Source of the DNA: a virus | Taxonomy: Duplodnaviria > Caudoviricetes | Length of the DNA stretch: 62,504 nucleotides | Direction: 5' to 3' (one strand) | Virus record (IMG/VR): IMGVR_UViG_3300021437_000019 | Location: 1 to 62,504 of that record | Shown: piece after piece, positions 7,649 to 16,598 of the stretch | Numbering within the stretch: position 1 is the first letter of the stretch | How the letters are laid out: each line of letters starts with the position of its first letter | Made by a program: the position numbers and the translations under genes | The notes under the pieces: model-generated | The model's database searches: none | Seen by the model: the letters and a program-made list of their open reading frames with translations, nothing else | Told to the model about the DNA's origin: nothing

Positions 7649-8163
7649 GAAGTTTCCCCTCCAAACTTCTCGAGTGCGTACCCCAAAAGCAAAATCGCGT
7701 CAGCCTCGTTGTCGTCCGTGATCGTCGGCCTGCCGGAGAGTCGGTTCAAATCGTAGAGTCGTACCTCGGCAGCTTCGATCATGGCCTTCTTATCGGCATT
7801 TCCGTGGCCAGTCGCCCATTTTTTTAACGTCGAACCGTGGATCGGCGAATGGTCAATCCCAAATCGGGCACACATCTCTTGCACGCGAGTCACTAGACCA
7901 ACGCAAATTTCCGTTGCCGCCCCGCCGCGGTGATGGGCCTGCTCAAACACAATCAGATCAATGCGGCGATCACTTCGGCATGACACAATCGGATGATCGT
8001 CGTTCAGGGCTATATCGGCCAGCCACTTGTTGAATTTCCAGAACAGCATCCCGTTCGATTCCCCGCGCTGCTTCGAGAAATCCTGGACGCCACTCTCAAG
8101 CCGCGCACCGTCCCACAGCGCCCAACCCGTACGAGTCGCTAAATCGAGCGCGAGGATCCTCAT
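7567..8163 (-). CDS. RuvC-like Holliday junction resolvase
   Basis: [44 protein letters not shown]. Confidence 0.85.
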   Translation of the reverse strand: MRILALDLATRTGWALWDGARLESGVQDFSKQRGESNGMLFWKFNKWLADIALNDDHPIVSCRSDRRIDLIVFEQAHHRGGAATEICVGLVTRVQEMCARFGIDHSPIHGSTLKKWATGHGNADKKAMIEAAEVRLYDLNRLSGRPTITDDNEADAILLLGYALEKFGGETSWNARPAAAGKTESPKLPTGTSHISDT

Positions 8164-8329
8164 TCGAGGTTTCTCCATTTCTTGGAATTGCACGACTTAC
8201 AGAGTGGTTGGATATTATCGATGGAGTCGCTGCCGCCCCGAGAAAGCGGGATGATGTGGTCCCGCGTTATATTTTGAGTTGCACCACACTTCGCGCTTCG
8301 TCGCGTTGCTAGATCCAGCGCCAAGATTT

Positions 8330-8962
8330 TCATTTCCCTTCCTGCCCCCCGGTGCGCTGCCCACCTGCCTTGGCGAGAGCGCGGAACTCAATAGCAAGCG
8401 CATTAAGCATCCTCGCTCGATGGGTATGTCCGCCTTTTTCATAGCCATGAGCCACGAGTTCCAGCCGCTGCGCTACTGCGCCAAATGCCTCTTCGCGCCC
8501 CTTCTCGATCCCCTGTTGCTCTATCCGCTTACACCAAGGATCGAACTCTTCATGTAACGCACGATCTCGCCCTCGCTGCTCGGCGAGGTCTTCGATGTCC
8601 TGCATCCCTATTCGAAGCGCATCGCCTGAATCCATTGCGCAAGCAGACAGATACCGCCAACGTTGTTTTTCATCTTTTAAGTCGCGGCGCAAGTCTTTTA
8701 GGTAATCGCTTTCCTGCGCTTCACTGACAGTAGTAGCGGGGGACGCGGGGAATGAAGTTGCAGCAACCATAAGTATTCGTTCAAACTCCGGCAAGTAATC
8801 TGCAACGTCAGGCTCACGACCGACACGGCTACGCATCCCCACAACAAGTTGCTTGGCGTAAATGGCGAGAAGTCTCGCCGTAGCCTTGACTTCCGGCCCC
8901 GCTTCCAGTTTCCCTGCTGCCCCGGCTCGTTCAGGCGCTCCGTCCACCCGTTCATTTCTCAT
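8330..8962 (-). CDS. Hypothetical protein
   Basis: 210-aa ORF on the coding strand. Confidence 0.55.
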   Translation of the reverse strand: MRNERVDGAPERAGAAGKLEAGPEVKATARLLAIYAKQLVVGMRSRVGREPDVADYLPEFERILMVAATSFPASPATTVSEAQESDYLKDLRRDLKDEKQRWRYLSACAMDSGDALRIGMQDIEDLAEQRGRDRALHEEFDPWCKRIEQQGIEKGREEAFGAVAQRLELVAHGYEKGGHTHRARMLNALAIEFRALAKAGGQRTGGQEGK

Positions 8963-9092
8963 TGGCCCGCCTTTCGCTTGCTGAGTGGCTGTACTTCATC
9001 TTGGTAACAAACAGCGGGCTTGCACTCGATTGGCCCTTCCAAACAAATCCTCGCATACTGCCCCACCTTGAACTTCGGCTTGCGCTTCCTGG

Positions 9093-9299
9093 TTATGGCT
9101 GGACCTCGATTACTTCGCCGTATTGCCGAAGACGCCTTCTCGCGGCAGAAGCTCCTTCAGTGACACCACGTAAGTTCCTGAATGCCCAAGTCCAAACTTC
9201 CTTTGGTGTGGCGGCTTTTGATGGCCGGACTTCGGCACTATCGTCTTTCCAGCGAAAAATGTACTTTATCTTGCGCTTCCCGGCTTCTTTAGCGGCCAT
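9093..9299 (-). CDS. Hypothetical protein
   Basis: Overlaps the end of rusA; coding strand. Confidence 0.5.
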   Translation of the reverse strand: MAAKEAGKRKIKYIFRWKDDSAEVRPSKAATPKEVWTWAFRNLRGVTEGASAARRRLRQYGEVIEVQP

Positions 9300-9720
9300 C
9301 TGGTGCTCGCTTTCTGCCTTGCTTCACAACGTCATGCGCTGGCTGCCAAATGCTAATATAGGTGTTTGATTCCGGCGCCCGGCGCTTGTGCAAAGCCAAA
9401 TCCGTTACCGCTGCGTCGCTGTGAATGATCCCCGCTTTTGAGAGCGAATCGAGGATCATCTTTGCGCAATTGTCCACGTCCATCCGCTCTTTCGGCCCCA
9501 GATTCAAATAGATTTCTATGAAATAGTTTTCATATCGCACGGCCTCTCGCTTTGAGCAAATCGCAACGGCTTGCATGAATGCCTTCACTTCGGTTGTAAC
9601 ATAGTGCCTGCCGGAGCGCGTGTGCTTCACGTAGTGGTTCGCGCTCGGCGGGAGCATGGGAACCATAAAATTCATGTCCGCGCAGAGCGTTCGTCCGTTC
9701 AAATCCGCTGGCGGCTTCAT
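9289..9720 (-). CDS. rusA: RusA-family Holliday junction resolvase
   Basis: LPPSANHY, DVDNCAKMILDSL..AGII.SD. Confidence 0.88.
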   Translation of the reverse strand: MKPPADLNGRTLCADMNFMVPMLPPSANHYVKHTRSGRHYVTTEVKAFMQAVAICSKREAVRYENYFIEIYLNLGPKERMDVDNCAKMILDSLSKAGIIHSDAAVTDLALHKRRAPESNTYISIWQPAHDVVKQGRKRAPDGR

Positions 9721-10160
9721 CGCTTGCTCCAGCGCGGCTTGCGCTCATCTTCTGCGTCGTGACACCATCCTGACAAATACGCGAGATTTGATAGGCGGTC
9801 ATCTCTACCCTTGCTGCGTCGGCGGATATGATGCGGGTCTCGCCCGTAGCCACTGCAAACCGCCGCATGGGGCCTACCTAGAATCTTTTCTCGCTCGCAC
9901 CTACCGCATGATCGATCAATCAATTCCAATCTCCGCTTAAGCCAGTCAGCACCCTTCAGAACCTCCGAACCATCCCGCCGAACGAAGCTAGATGGGTCGC
10001 TATAGCCCCTGGCAGCCTTCAGGGCCCCGTCACGATCCCTTGAGCCTCTTACCTGTCGCTTTGGCCCCAAGCCCCGCTGCACGCGATTCTCCGCACGTAT
10101 CCGCTTCCGCACGCTGCGCAGCTCTCGGACCAGTTCTTGCTCTCGCTGACGAAGAGTCAT
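9717..10160 (-). CDS. HNH endonuclease-like protein
   Basis: RSCGRCE...DPHHIRRRSKGRDDRLSNL...CH. Confidence 0.7.
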   Translation of the reverse strand: MTLRQREQELVRELRSVRKRIRAENRVQRGLGPKRQVRGSRDRDGALKAARGYSDPSSFVRRDGSEVLKGADWLKRRLELIDRSCGRCEREKILGRPHAAVCSGYGRDPHHIRRRSKGRDDRLSNLAYLSGWCHDAEDERKPRWSKR

Positions 10161-10399
10161 GATTCTGCTCCTGCTAGTTGCTGTATCGCTTCCAAGTGCC
10201 GCCTGAGCCTTTTTATTTGTTCTTGCAGGGCCGCATTCTTTTCCCGCTCAAGCCGCAAATTCTTTTCCATCCGTTCTATCACGCCAAGCCGAATCACCGT
10301 TCCATCAGGAGCAATCTCAATCTCGCCGTCTTCGGTTTCGTTGAGCATTGCCTCAAGTTGTGCGATATTCGGCCTAGGTTGAATCTTTTCGTTGCTCAT
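10157..10399 (-). CDS. Hypothetical coiled-coil protein
   Basis: ATGA-coupled to the next gene. Confidence 0.55.
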   Translation of the reverse strand: MSNEKIQPRPNIAQLEAMLNETEDGEIEIAPDGTVIRLGVIERMEKNLRLEREKNAALQEQIKRLRRHLEAIQQLAGAES

Positions 10400-10626
10400 C
10401 GCTGCTCTCTTTGGCGCAAGGTCATGGCGGTGATTCCCGCAATCCGCGTCTCTGCATTTCTGCTAACAGAATGTCTTTCAGCTCCTTGCCAATATTGCAG
10501 GCATAATCATGCTTCAATTGTTCAAGCGAAATGTCTTGCTATTTAGATAAAGATGTAGCTCTAGATACGGACGACCATAATTCAGCACAACGTCAAACGT
10601 CTCCCTCACCTTCTTCTCTTTGGCTT

Positions 10627-10923
10627 TCATGAAAAAAGGCCTTTTTGGACGTTCTCCGCGCCCGTTCTCACGTTACGGATCACCAAGTCGCTGCCCTTCG
10701 CGTACGTTCGCGTCACGTGCCGGAACTTCTGCAACCCCACTCCCTCCAAGTGCCCGACGTACCTTTCGCCATGAATCGTCCAGATGTGCGTATCCTCGTC
10801 GTACTCGCGGTCGCGGTGCGGCACTTTCATCTTGAGAAACTCGATGAAGTCCGGGTTGTAGGGAAACTCCAGGCGATACGTGTCCTGGCCCATTTCTTTG
10901 ATGTCGAGTTGGTCTTCGTTCAC
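10627..10923 (-). CDS. Hypothetical protein, HARP-like ssDNA-binding motif
   Basis: FPYNPDFIEFLKMKVP..REYD...HIW. Confidence 0.55.
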   Translation of the reverse strand: MNEDQLDIKEMGQDTYRLEFPYNPDFIEFLKMKVPHRDREYDEDTHIWTIHGERYVGHLEGVGLQKFRHVTRTYAKGSDLVIRNVRTGAENVQKGLFS

Positions 10924-11114
10924 AGCCCCACTCCTTCCAGTAGATTAACTACGCACCGTACACCCAAGATCGTTCGCCCTTTCGGCCTTCCGCGGTGAGG
11001 GTGCCTAACGAGTCCGAGGCGGCGGCGCCTCTCGTTTTCGTAGGCATTCTGTTCGGCGCGATGCTCGCGCTTCCATTTAGCCATTTGCCGCAAGTGATGC
11101 GCCCTGTTACGCAT
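10920..11114 (-). CDS. Small basic hypothetical protein
   Basis: Overlaps both neighbours in operon fashion. Confidence 0.5.
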   Translation of the reverse strand: MRNRAHHLRQMAKWKREHRAEQNAYENERRRRLGLVRHPHRGRPKGRTILGVRCVVNLLEGVGL

Positions 11115-11421
11115 GTTTCCGGTTCTTTCCCGTTCTATGGCACTCCGCGCACATCACCTGCAGGTTGTGCAGACAGTCGCAGCGCCCAACCAAACCACCC
11201 TGTTCGTGATCCATCTCGCCCCACTCCTTGCCAACCATGACGCCGCAGCGAACGCACCGGCCACCATCGCGCGCGAATACTTCCCGCCGGCGCTGGCGCT
11301 TGTCCTCGCCATAGAGGTACACATGCCCGTCACGACCGACGAAGGAGCGTTGGTCTCGAAAGTGGCCGACGGCACGACGCCACAGCGTGGCCTGCTCATC
11401 GACTTTGGCTGCGCGTGGCAT
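11107..11421 (-). CDS. HNH endonuclease
   Basis: RDGGRCVRCG...EMDH...NLQVMCAECH. Confidence 0.8.
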   Translation of the reverse strand: MPRAAKVDEQATLWRRAVGHFRDQRSFVGRDGHVYLYGEDKRQRRREVFARDGGRCVRCGVMVGKEWGEMDHEQGGLVGRCDCLHNLQVMCAECHRTGKNRKHA

Positions 11422-11433
11422 TTAAACTTTAGA
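11421..11433. promoter_or_regulatory. TCTAAA-N-TTTAGA palindrome copy (1 mismatch)
   Basis: TTTAAACTTTAGA; supplies the SKV-stop of 11422-11562 and touches the next ATG. Confidence 0.6.
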
Positions 11434-11562
11434 CTTTCTTTCCAGTTTCCGCCGATATCCGGCAGCAAATCCGGCCATGAATGCCAAATCTGAGCGTCCG
11501 CGCAACCCGCACATTGTTCCGATTTTGAAGCACTTCCAAAGTATTCCCAGAAATTCCTTCAT
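11422..11562 (-). CDS. Small hypothetical protein (46 aa)
   Basis: MKEFLGILWKCFKIG...RKSKV*; ATGA overlap with the upstream gene. Confidence 0.5.
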   Translation of the reverse strand: MKEFLGILWKCFKIGTMCGLRGRSDLAFMAGFAAGYRRKLERKSKV

Positions 11563-12269
11563 GCCGCCTCCCCTCCGACCATCTCCGCAGTCAGAACTTC
11601 GTCCGGCGTGTCGTTAATGAGCGCCGCGATGGCCTCAAACACCTGTGCGCGCAGCCCCGCCTTCAATTCGATGTCTAACTCCTGCAGCCGCGCGACCTTC
11701 TTCTCGGCCTCTTCCCATTGCTTCGCTACGCTCTCTGGCACCTGCACGCCGATGTGGACGCGCTTCTCCTCGGGCGTGATGCCGTATTCCGCGCGCCGCT
11801 CCTCGACCATCTCCGCAAACTGGTCATTTGGTACCGTGATGGCCACGTCAAGGTACTGTGCGCGGTCCTGCTCTTTGAGTTGCGTCAGCAAGTACGCCTT
11901 ACCCTCGGTCAGCATTTTCACGCGCTCATCGGGAAGCCCATTCAGCGCCCGGGCGATCCGCAGACTCCTCTGAATCTTTGCCACGCTCGCCGTCTCGCCG
12001 AACACCGAAAGCATCCAGTCGTGGGCGTTCATGCCCATCGCAGTGGGAACGGATCGGTCTAAAGCTTCCTTCACGCGCTGGCCCATTGCCCACCAACCGG
12101 CGGTAAACGCCTGGAACTCTTTGCGCAGCGCGGCCGTTACAGCCTTCGCTTCGCGCTCCGTGGCCGCTACTACCCGCCGCACAGGTTTCTCAATGGTAGT
12201 GGGCGTTGTCTCCGCAGACACAGGCATTCCAGCAACGGTCGCGGACTCCGCTTTCTTCTTTTTACTCAC
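11559..12269 (-). CDS. Hypothetical protein
   Basis: 236 aa, coupled to dnaB. Confidence 0.7.
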   Translation of the reverse strand: MSKKKKAESATVAGMPVSAETTPTTIEKPVRRVVAATEREAKAVTAALRKEFQAFTAGWWAMGQRVKEALDRSVPTAMGMNAHDWMLSVFGETASVAKIQRSLRIARALNGLPDERVKMLTEGKAYLLTQLKEQDRAQYLDVAITVPNDQFAEMVEERRAEYGITPEEKRVHIGVQVPESVAKQWEEAEKKVARLQELDIELKAGLRAQVFEAIAALINDTPDEVLTAEMVGGEAA

Positions 12270-13678
12270 AGCCCCATCTCCCCCTGCCTATCCCTCTCGG
12301 CTTTCTCTGCCTGTTTCTTAGTCCGCTTTGGCTCCAGCTCAACACACTCATTCGTGAACAGCACGCGATCAGGATCAAAACCAATGTCCACGGCACCCGT
12401 CTTGTCATTCCGCGCCTTAAGCACATACGCCTTCGCAACGCGCTCGTACACCGGGTCCATGCCGGTCTGAAAAAACTTCCGAACCACCCACAGGATGTGG
12501 TGCGCCGTGTTCGCCGCCGCGCTTGATCCGAAAATCTGCTCGACGCGCGGGGGCTTCTTCCCACGGGCTACATCGTCGTCCAGCTTGTGCGGCTGGCAGA
12601 GCAGGATAAAACAAATATCGAGCCGCTTCGCCAAGGCCAGAGCCTCGGCCATGAACCGCGCCTGGGCCTTGAACTCGTCGTCCCGGCCGGAAAGCGCCGC
12701 GCGAATCACCAACTGGTCGTAGTCCACGATCACGAAATCTAAACCCTTAGACTTTTTCACCATCTCAGACAACGACCAAATCCGCTTCGGCGTCACGTCC
12801 TGGTCCACTACGAGCAGGCCGCGCTTCGACTCGCGCGCGGCGGCTGAAGTAAGGTCGGCAATCACCGAATCTGGACTCCGAATGATCTCCGGGCGACGCA
12901 GAAGGTACAGGGGAACATTTCCAGAGTGCGCCAGCTCGCGTAATGCGAGAGCCTCCTTGCTCATCTCCGCGCTGAAAATGAGTCCCTTGTACCCTGCGTC
13001 GTCCGAAGTCACGGCGTACTGGCCGGCCAACAAACTCTTCCCGTGCGAGGTCTGCCCCACGATCAACACCACGTCCTTGCGCCGGAAGCCTGCGGTCATG
13101 TCGTCAATCTTGGGAATCCCGCAGAAAATCCGCATCACGGCTTCTTTGTACCGAATAGCCTCAATCGTCTTGTCCATCGCGGACATGATGGCTTCTTCCC
13201 AGGTACTCGGCATGGATGCCGCGCCCAAATCGCTCATCATGGCGAGGAATGTAGAAACAGCACCGCCAAGTATCCCGTCGTCTTCCCCTTCAAACGCTCG
13301 TTGCTGAATGTTGTGGCAGGCGTGGATTACATTCCGAAGAATGGCCTTCTCTTTGACGATGGCGGCGTAGTGCGCGACATTCGAAACCTTCGGCATCCCG
13401 TCGGCTAGGCTTGCCAGATACGGAGCCCCGCCAGCGGCTTCCAGTTCGCCGGCCCTATGCAGTGCCTCGCTCAGTGTCACCAAGTCCACGGGGCCGGTAG
13501 CAGCAAGCGCCTGCATCGCGTTGAACACGCGCCGGTGCTGATCCAGGAAGAAATGCTCCCCGCCGATCACCTGCCCCGCAACCGGAATAGCGGCATTGTC
13601 CAAAAGGCAGGCACCGAGCACCGATCTCTCGGCGTCAAGGTTGTTTGGCAGTGGCCGCTCTATGGCTGTTTGATTCAC
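12266..13678 (-). CDS. dnaB: DnaB-like replicative helicase
   Basis: LPNNLDAERSVLG N-terminal domain, GQTSHGKS, FSAEM, IVDYDQL, LKARN. Confidence 0.93.
   Translation of the reverse strand: MNQTAIERPLPNNLDAERSVLGACLLDNAAIPVAGQVIGGEHFFLDQHRRVFNAMQALAATGPVDLVTLSEALHRAGELEAAGGAPYLASLADGMPKVSNVAHYAAIVKEKAILRNVIHACHNIQQRAFEGEDDGILGGAVSTFLAMMSDLGAASMPSTWEEAIMSAMDKTIEAIRYKEAVMRIFCGIPKIDDMTAGFRRKDVVLIVGQTSHGKSLLAGQYAVTSDDAGYKGLIFSAEMSKEALALRELAHSGNVPLYLLRRPEIIRSPDSVIADLTSAAARESKRGLLVVDQDVTPKRIWSLSEMVKKSKGLDFVIVDYDQLVIRAALSGRDDEFKAQARFMAEALALAKRLDICFILLCQPHKLDDDVARGKKPPRVEQIFGSSAAANTAHHILWVVRKFFQTGMDPVYERVAKAYVLKARNDKTGAVDIGFDPDRVLFTNECVELEPKRTKKQAEKAERDRQGEMGL
12738..12751. promoter_or_regulatory. 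Variant palindrome copy inside dnaB
   Basis: TCTAAACCCTTAGA followed by CTT; one base longer than consensus. Confidence 0.35.
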
Positions 13679-14547
13679 CGCATCAACTCCGGCGCTACCC
13701 CGCGGGGACCGGCCACCCGGGAAATCTCGTCAGATTCTTCCTCTGGCGGTGCGAGTGTCCCGTCGAGCTTCGCCTTAATCAGATCCTCAGCCTCGTCGTG
13801 CAGGAAATTACTGTCCGCATACTTGTTCTTGTAAAGCGCTGCCTTCCCATGAAGCGCCACATACGCATTGATCGCGTCGAGCACTTCATCCTCGCCAAAT
13901 CGCCGGCAGAGTTCCTGGTAGCGTTCGACGTTCTTCGGGTACGGTTTGGGCTTTGTGGCCCTACCGATGGCCGACTTGAAAGCCTCGCGGAATTTGTTGT
14001 AGTTGCCTTCCCGGTGGGTGGTGGGTACTTCTCCTTCTACTTCTCCTTCTTCTTTAACTTCTACTTCAACTTCTAATGCATGGCACTGAGCCGGGACCAC
14101 TCTACTACCTGAATCTAACTGCGTACGAACCGCTTTTTTCGGTTCTTCTGCGGTTCTGAGAACTGAACTGCGCCGTCCTTCTTTGGTGTAGCCCTGGCCG
14201 AGTTCCGGTGGGTGGATCGGGAATTGGACGCAAGCAAAACCATCCAGCCGTAAGTCCTGGTATTTCTCAAAGTCAACAATGTGCAGGTATTCGCGCTCGT
14301 CGGCGTCATACTTCACCACCAGGCCGACTTTCAGGAGTTCCTTGATGGCTCGTTCGGCGGAAGCCTCATCGGCTCCTTTTTTTTCGAGCATGAGTGCTGG
14401 GAACACCCTTCTAACATCCCGGTAGTAATTCCCATTGTCATCCACAACAGTCAGGAGCCTGAACCAGAGCGCCTCGGCCTCGAACGATATGGAGTTCACC
14501 TTCTGCGATTCGCAAACGTTGTCGTGAATCATTCTTTTCCCCGCCAC
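13675..14547 (-). CDS. Replication initiator protein
   Basis: KRMIHDNVCES..EALWFRLLTVVDDNG..F.KYQ winged-helix N-terminus; EVEVEV linker; directly upstream of dnaB. Confidence 0.8.
   Translation of the reverse strand: MAGKRMIHDNVCESQKVNSISFEAEALWFRLLTVVDDNGNYYRDVRRVFPALMLEKKGADEASAERAIKELLKVGLVVKYDADEREYLHIVDFEKYQDLRLDGFACVQFPIHPPELGQGYTKEGRRSSVLRTAEEPKKAVRTQLDSGSRVVPAQCHALEVEVEVKEEGEVEGEVPTTHREGNYNKFREAFKSAIGRATKPKPYPKNVERYQELCRRFGEDEVLDAINAYVALHGKAALYKNKYADSNFLHDEAEDLIKAKLDGTLAPPEEESDEISRVAGPRGVAPELMR
14027..14074. repeat. Hexamer-period repeat in the initiator gene (candidate origin iterons)
   Basis: ACTTCT/CCTTCT units encoding EVEVEVKEEGEVEGEV. Confidence 0.45.
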
Positions 14548-14568
14548 CGCGGCCCCCTCAGACTGAAA

Positions 14569-14745
14569 TTACTTGCAAATCTCGCCAGCCAGATCCCACA
14601 ACAAGCCATCCAACTCCGTTTTCTTCTCCGGCTTGAGTGCTTCGTCAATCCGCTCGAACCTCACGCACAGGGCGTAGTAGGTTGCTTCCTGGCCTATCGG
14701 CGGGGAAAGTTCGAGCCGTTGTAGTAACTTTGGCGCTTCCATCAT
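14569..14745 (-). CDS. Hypothetical protein
   Basis: GGAG SD before ATG 14745. Confidence 0.5.
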   Translation of the reverse strand: MMEAPKLLQRLELSPPIGQEATYYALCVRFERIDEALKPEKKTELDGLLWDLAGEICK

Positions 14746-14850
14746 CGTCTCCGATCTTGAAAATGGTGGGTTCGTGGACCGTCCAACCATGCCCATCCGC
14801 CCACCCCTACCGGACGCGGCAGTTATCGTGGATGAAGCAGGCCGAGTGCA

Positions 14851-15228
14851 TCAGAATGGGATATCGTCAGCGGCCGTGACGGGTGCCACTTCAGGAATAT
14901 GGGGGCCAATCAGCACGTCTTCCGCTACGGAGAGCAATGGTTCGCACTCCCACTTCTCTTCCTGCACCTTCCGGCACGCTACGCCTCGGCCAATAGTCAG
15001 ATGAAGGAGCGGGGCGCCCGCCGGTATAAATGTCAGATCGTATGTGTCGTAGCGTTTCTCGCCTGAACCAAAAGCCTTTGCTGCGGCGATGAACGCATCC
15101 TTTTCATATAAGAAACCGACGAAGAGGCGCGGTTCATGCTCATCCCGCCATCCGAGGGGCACATCCGGCCTGGAAAGAAGAAATGCGGCCGTTTCCTTTA
15201 ATTTTTCTGCGAGTTCGTGTGATTTCAT
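14851..15228 (-). CDS. Hypothetical protein with SSB-like DDIPF tail
   Basis: AAGGAG SD; C-terminus ADDIPF. Confidence 0.7.
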   Translation of the reverse strand: MKSHELAEKLKETAAFLLSRPDVPLGWRDEHEPRLFVGFLYEKDAFIAAAKAFGSGEKRYDTYDLTFIPAGAPLLHLTIGRGVACRKVQEEKWECEPLLSVAEDVLIGPHIPEVAPVTAADDIPF

Positions 15229-15241
15229 TTCTTGCTCCTTT

Positions 15242-15254
15242 TCTAAACTTTAGA
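15242..15254. promoter_or_regulatory. TCTAAA-N-TTTAGA palindrome copy
   Basis: TCTAAACTTTAGA, perfect; immediately 5' of the SD of ORF 15228. Confidence 0.7.
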
Positions 15255-15341
15255 CTTGGCCCGAAACTTTTGGGGCGAACGGCCCAGGCCCTATCGCCCC
15301 TTGCCTATCTCCCGACCGGACGGGTGGAAGAGGGCAAACTC

Positions 15342-16391
15342 TTACGCCGCCCCCGCTTCCTGCGTCGCTGGTCCGGCAGCTTTGATGAACGTCACGCGTT
15401 GCTGCGTGTATGCCGGCTTTGCAGGCACAACCTTCTGTGGCTGCGCTTTCATTTCCACGCGCTTAATGTTGGCGACCCAATCCCCGTACACCACACTTTC
15501 GCCGCCATCGACGCAGAGTGCCTTGATTTCACCCTTCACTTCCTCGTCCAACTCCTCGAACTCCTTCGCCAACGGCTTGAGTTCTGTGAGCCGATCGGTC
15601 TTTGCCGCCAACTCGGACGCCATCTCGTCGGTGAGCACTTTCGCGGCGATGCCGAAATTCAGTTCTGGCAGGCAGACGTTGAAGAACTCGCACTCGGCGC
15701 ACAGGTCGGGCGTCGAAATCTTCATGCTCGCATCCGGCATCTGGCCGATCTGAACTAGCTTATTTGTCTTCTCGGCTTTGTCGGTCATGGCCGAAGCGAT
15801 GCGCAACTCGTCGTCGCCCAAGGTGTACTCGACAATTTTGATCTGCCCGCTAGCTTTGTTCTTGAGCACCAGCCAGTACCGCTCAACACCCTTGAGCACC
15901 ATGTAGAGACATACTTGGCGGTCCCACTTCTGGATGAATTCCCACTTATGGGTGCGGATGTCCTCGACGGAATTGATGCTGTCGTAGGTGAAGGGTGAAC
16001 AGGATTTGATTTCCGCGTCCACCCCGCGCTTCACGCCAACTTTGCGGATCGTCAGGTCCTTACGGCCAGAGATTTGATAGGCCGGCCACGCCATTTGTCC
16101 CTCCGCGCCTTCCACTTCGTACCCCATGTCGAGTAGGTCGCGCTTGATGGCCCGCGCTTGGTCGTCGCCCTCGGCGAAGATCATTCCGAGTTTGGGATCC
16201 AGCGCGCGGCGTTGCGGGGGCGGGACCGTGCGCATGTAAACTGCGTAAGCCTCGCAGGGATGCGCCAGCACGGTTGGCCAATTCGACGTTGCGAGCGAGC
16301 CGCCGTGCACCCTCGACGCTTTGTATTTCTGGTAGTCCTCAATGAGCCTGCCCGGGCTCAGCCGTTCTTGGATCGCTTCTTGAACCTCCAT
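15342..16391 (-). CDS. PD-(D/E)xK exonuclease (YqaJ/Cas4-like recombination nuclease)
   Basis: ISGRKD..AEIKS..QVCLYM, plus C..CEF...C. Confidence 0.8.
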   Translation of the reverse strand: MEVQEAIQERLSPGRLIEDYQKYKASRVHGGSLATSNWPTVLAHPCEAYAVYMRTVPPPQRRALDPKLGMIFAEGDDQARAIKRDLLDMGYEVEGAEGQMAWPAYQISGRKDLTIRKVGVKRGVDAEIKSCSPFTYDSINSVEDIRTHKWEFIQKWDRQVCLYMVLKGVERYWLVLKNKASGQIKIVEYTLGDDELRIASAMTDKAEKTNKLVQIGQMPDASMKISTPDLCAECEFFNVCLPELNFGIAAKVLTDEMASELAAKTDRLTELKPLAKEFEELDEEVKGEIKALCVDGGESVVYGDWVANIKRVEMKAQPQKVVPAKPAYTQQRVTFIKAAGPATQEAGAA

Positions 16392-16409
16392 GCCCTTACT
16401 CCTTTCGTT

Positions 16410-16589
16410 TCACCGTTTCCTACCGACGTTCTCTCGCTTCCTCTGCTCGCGGCACATGACACAACGTGTACCCGTGGCCGCGCGTGGCCGATTCAAACAT
16501 CGCAAGCACAATCGCCCATCGGCCCGCACGATCTTGCGAACTTTGCTTACCGGCATCCCGTGTCTTGCCAACCATGCTCCCCTCGTCAT
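16410..16589 (-). CDS. Small zinc-finger protein (59 aa)
   Basis: LCLRC...RCVMC; below the ORF-track cutoff. Confidence 0.5.
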   Translation of the reverse strand: MTRGAWLARHGMPVSKVRKIVRADGRLCLRCLNRPRAATGTRCVMCREQRKRENVGRKR

Positions 16590-16598
16590 ACCCAGCCC

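Noticed and set aside
10400-10630. Gene in the AT-rich gap
   Set aside because: Only short broken frames with no recognisable motif.
15342-16391. Cas4 as part of a CRISPR system
   Set aside because: Its context is a phage recombination module; no other cas genes.
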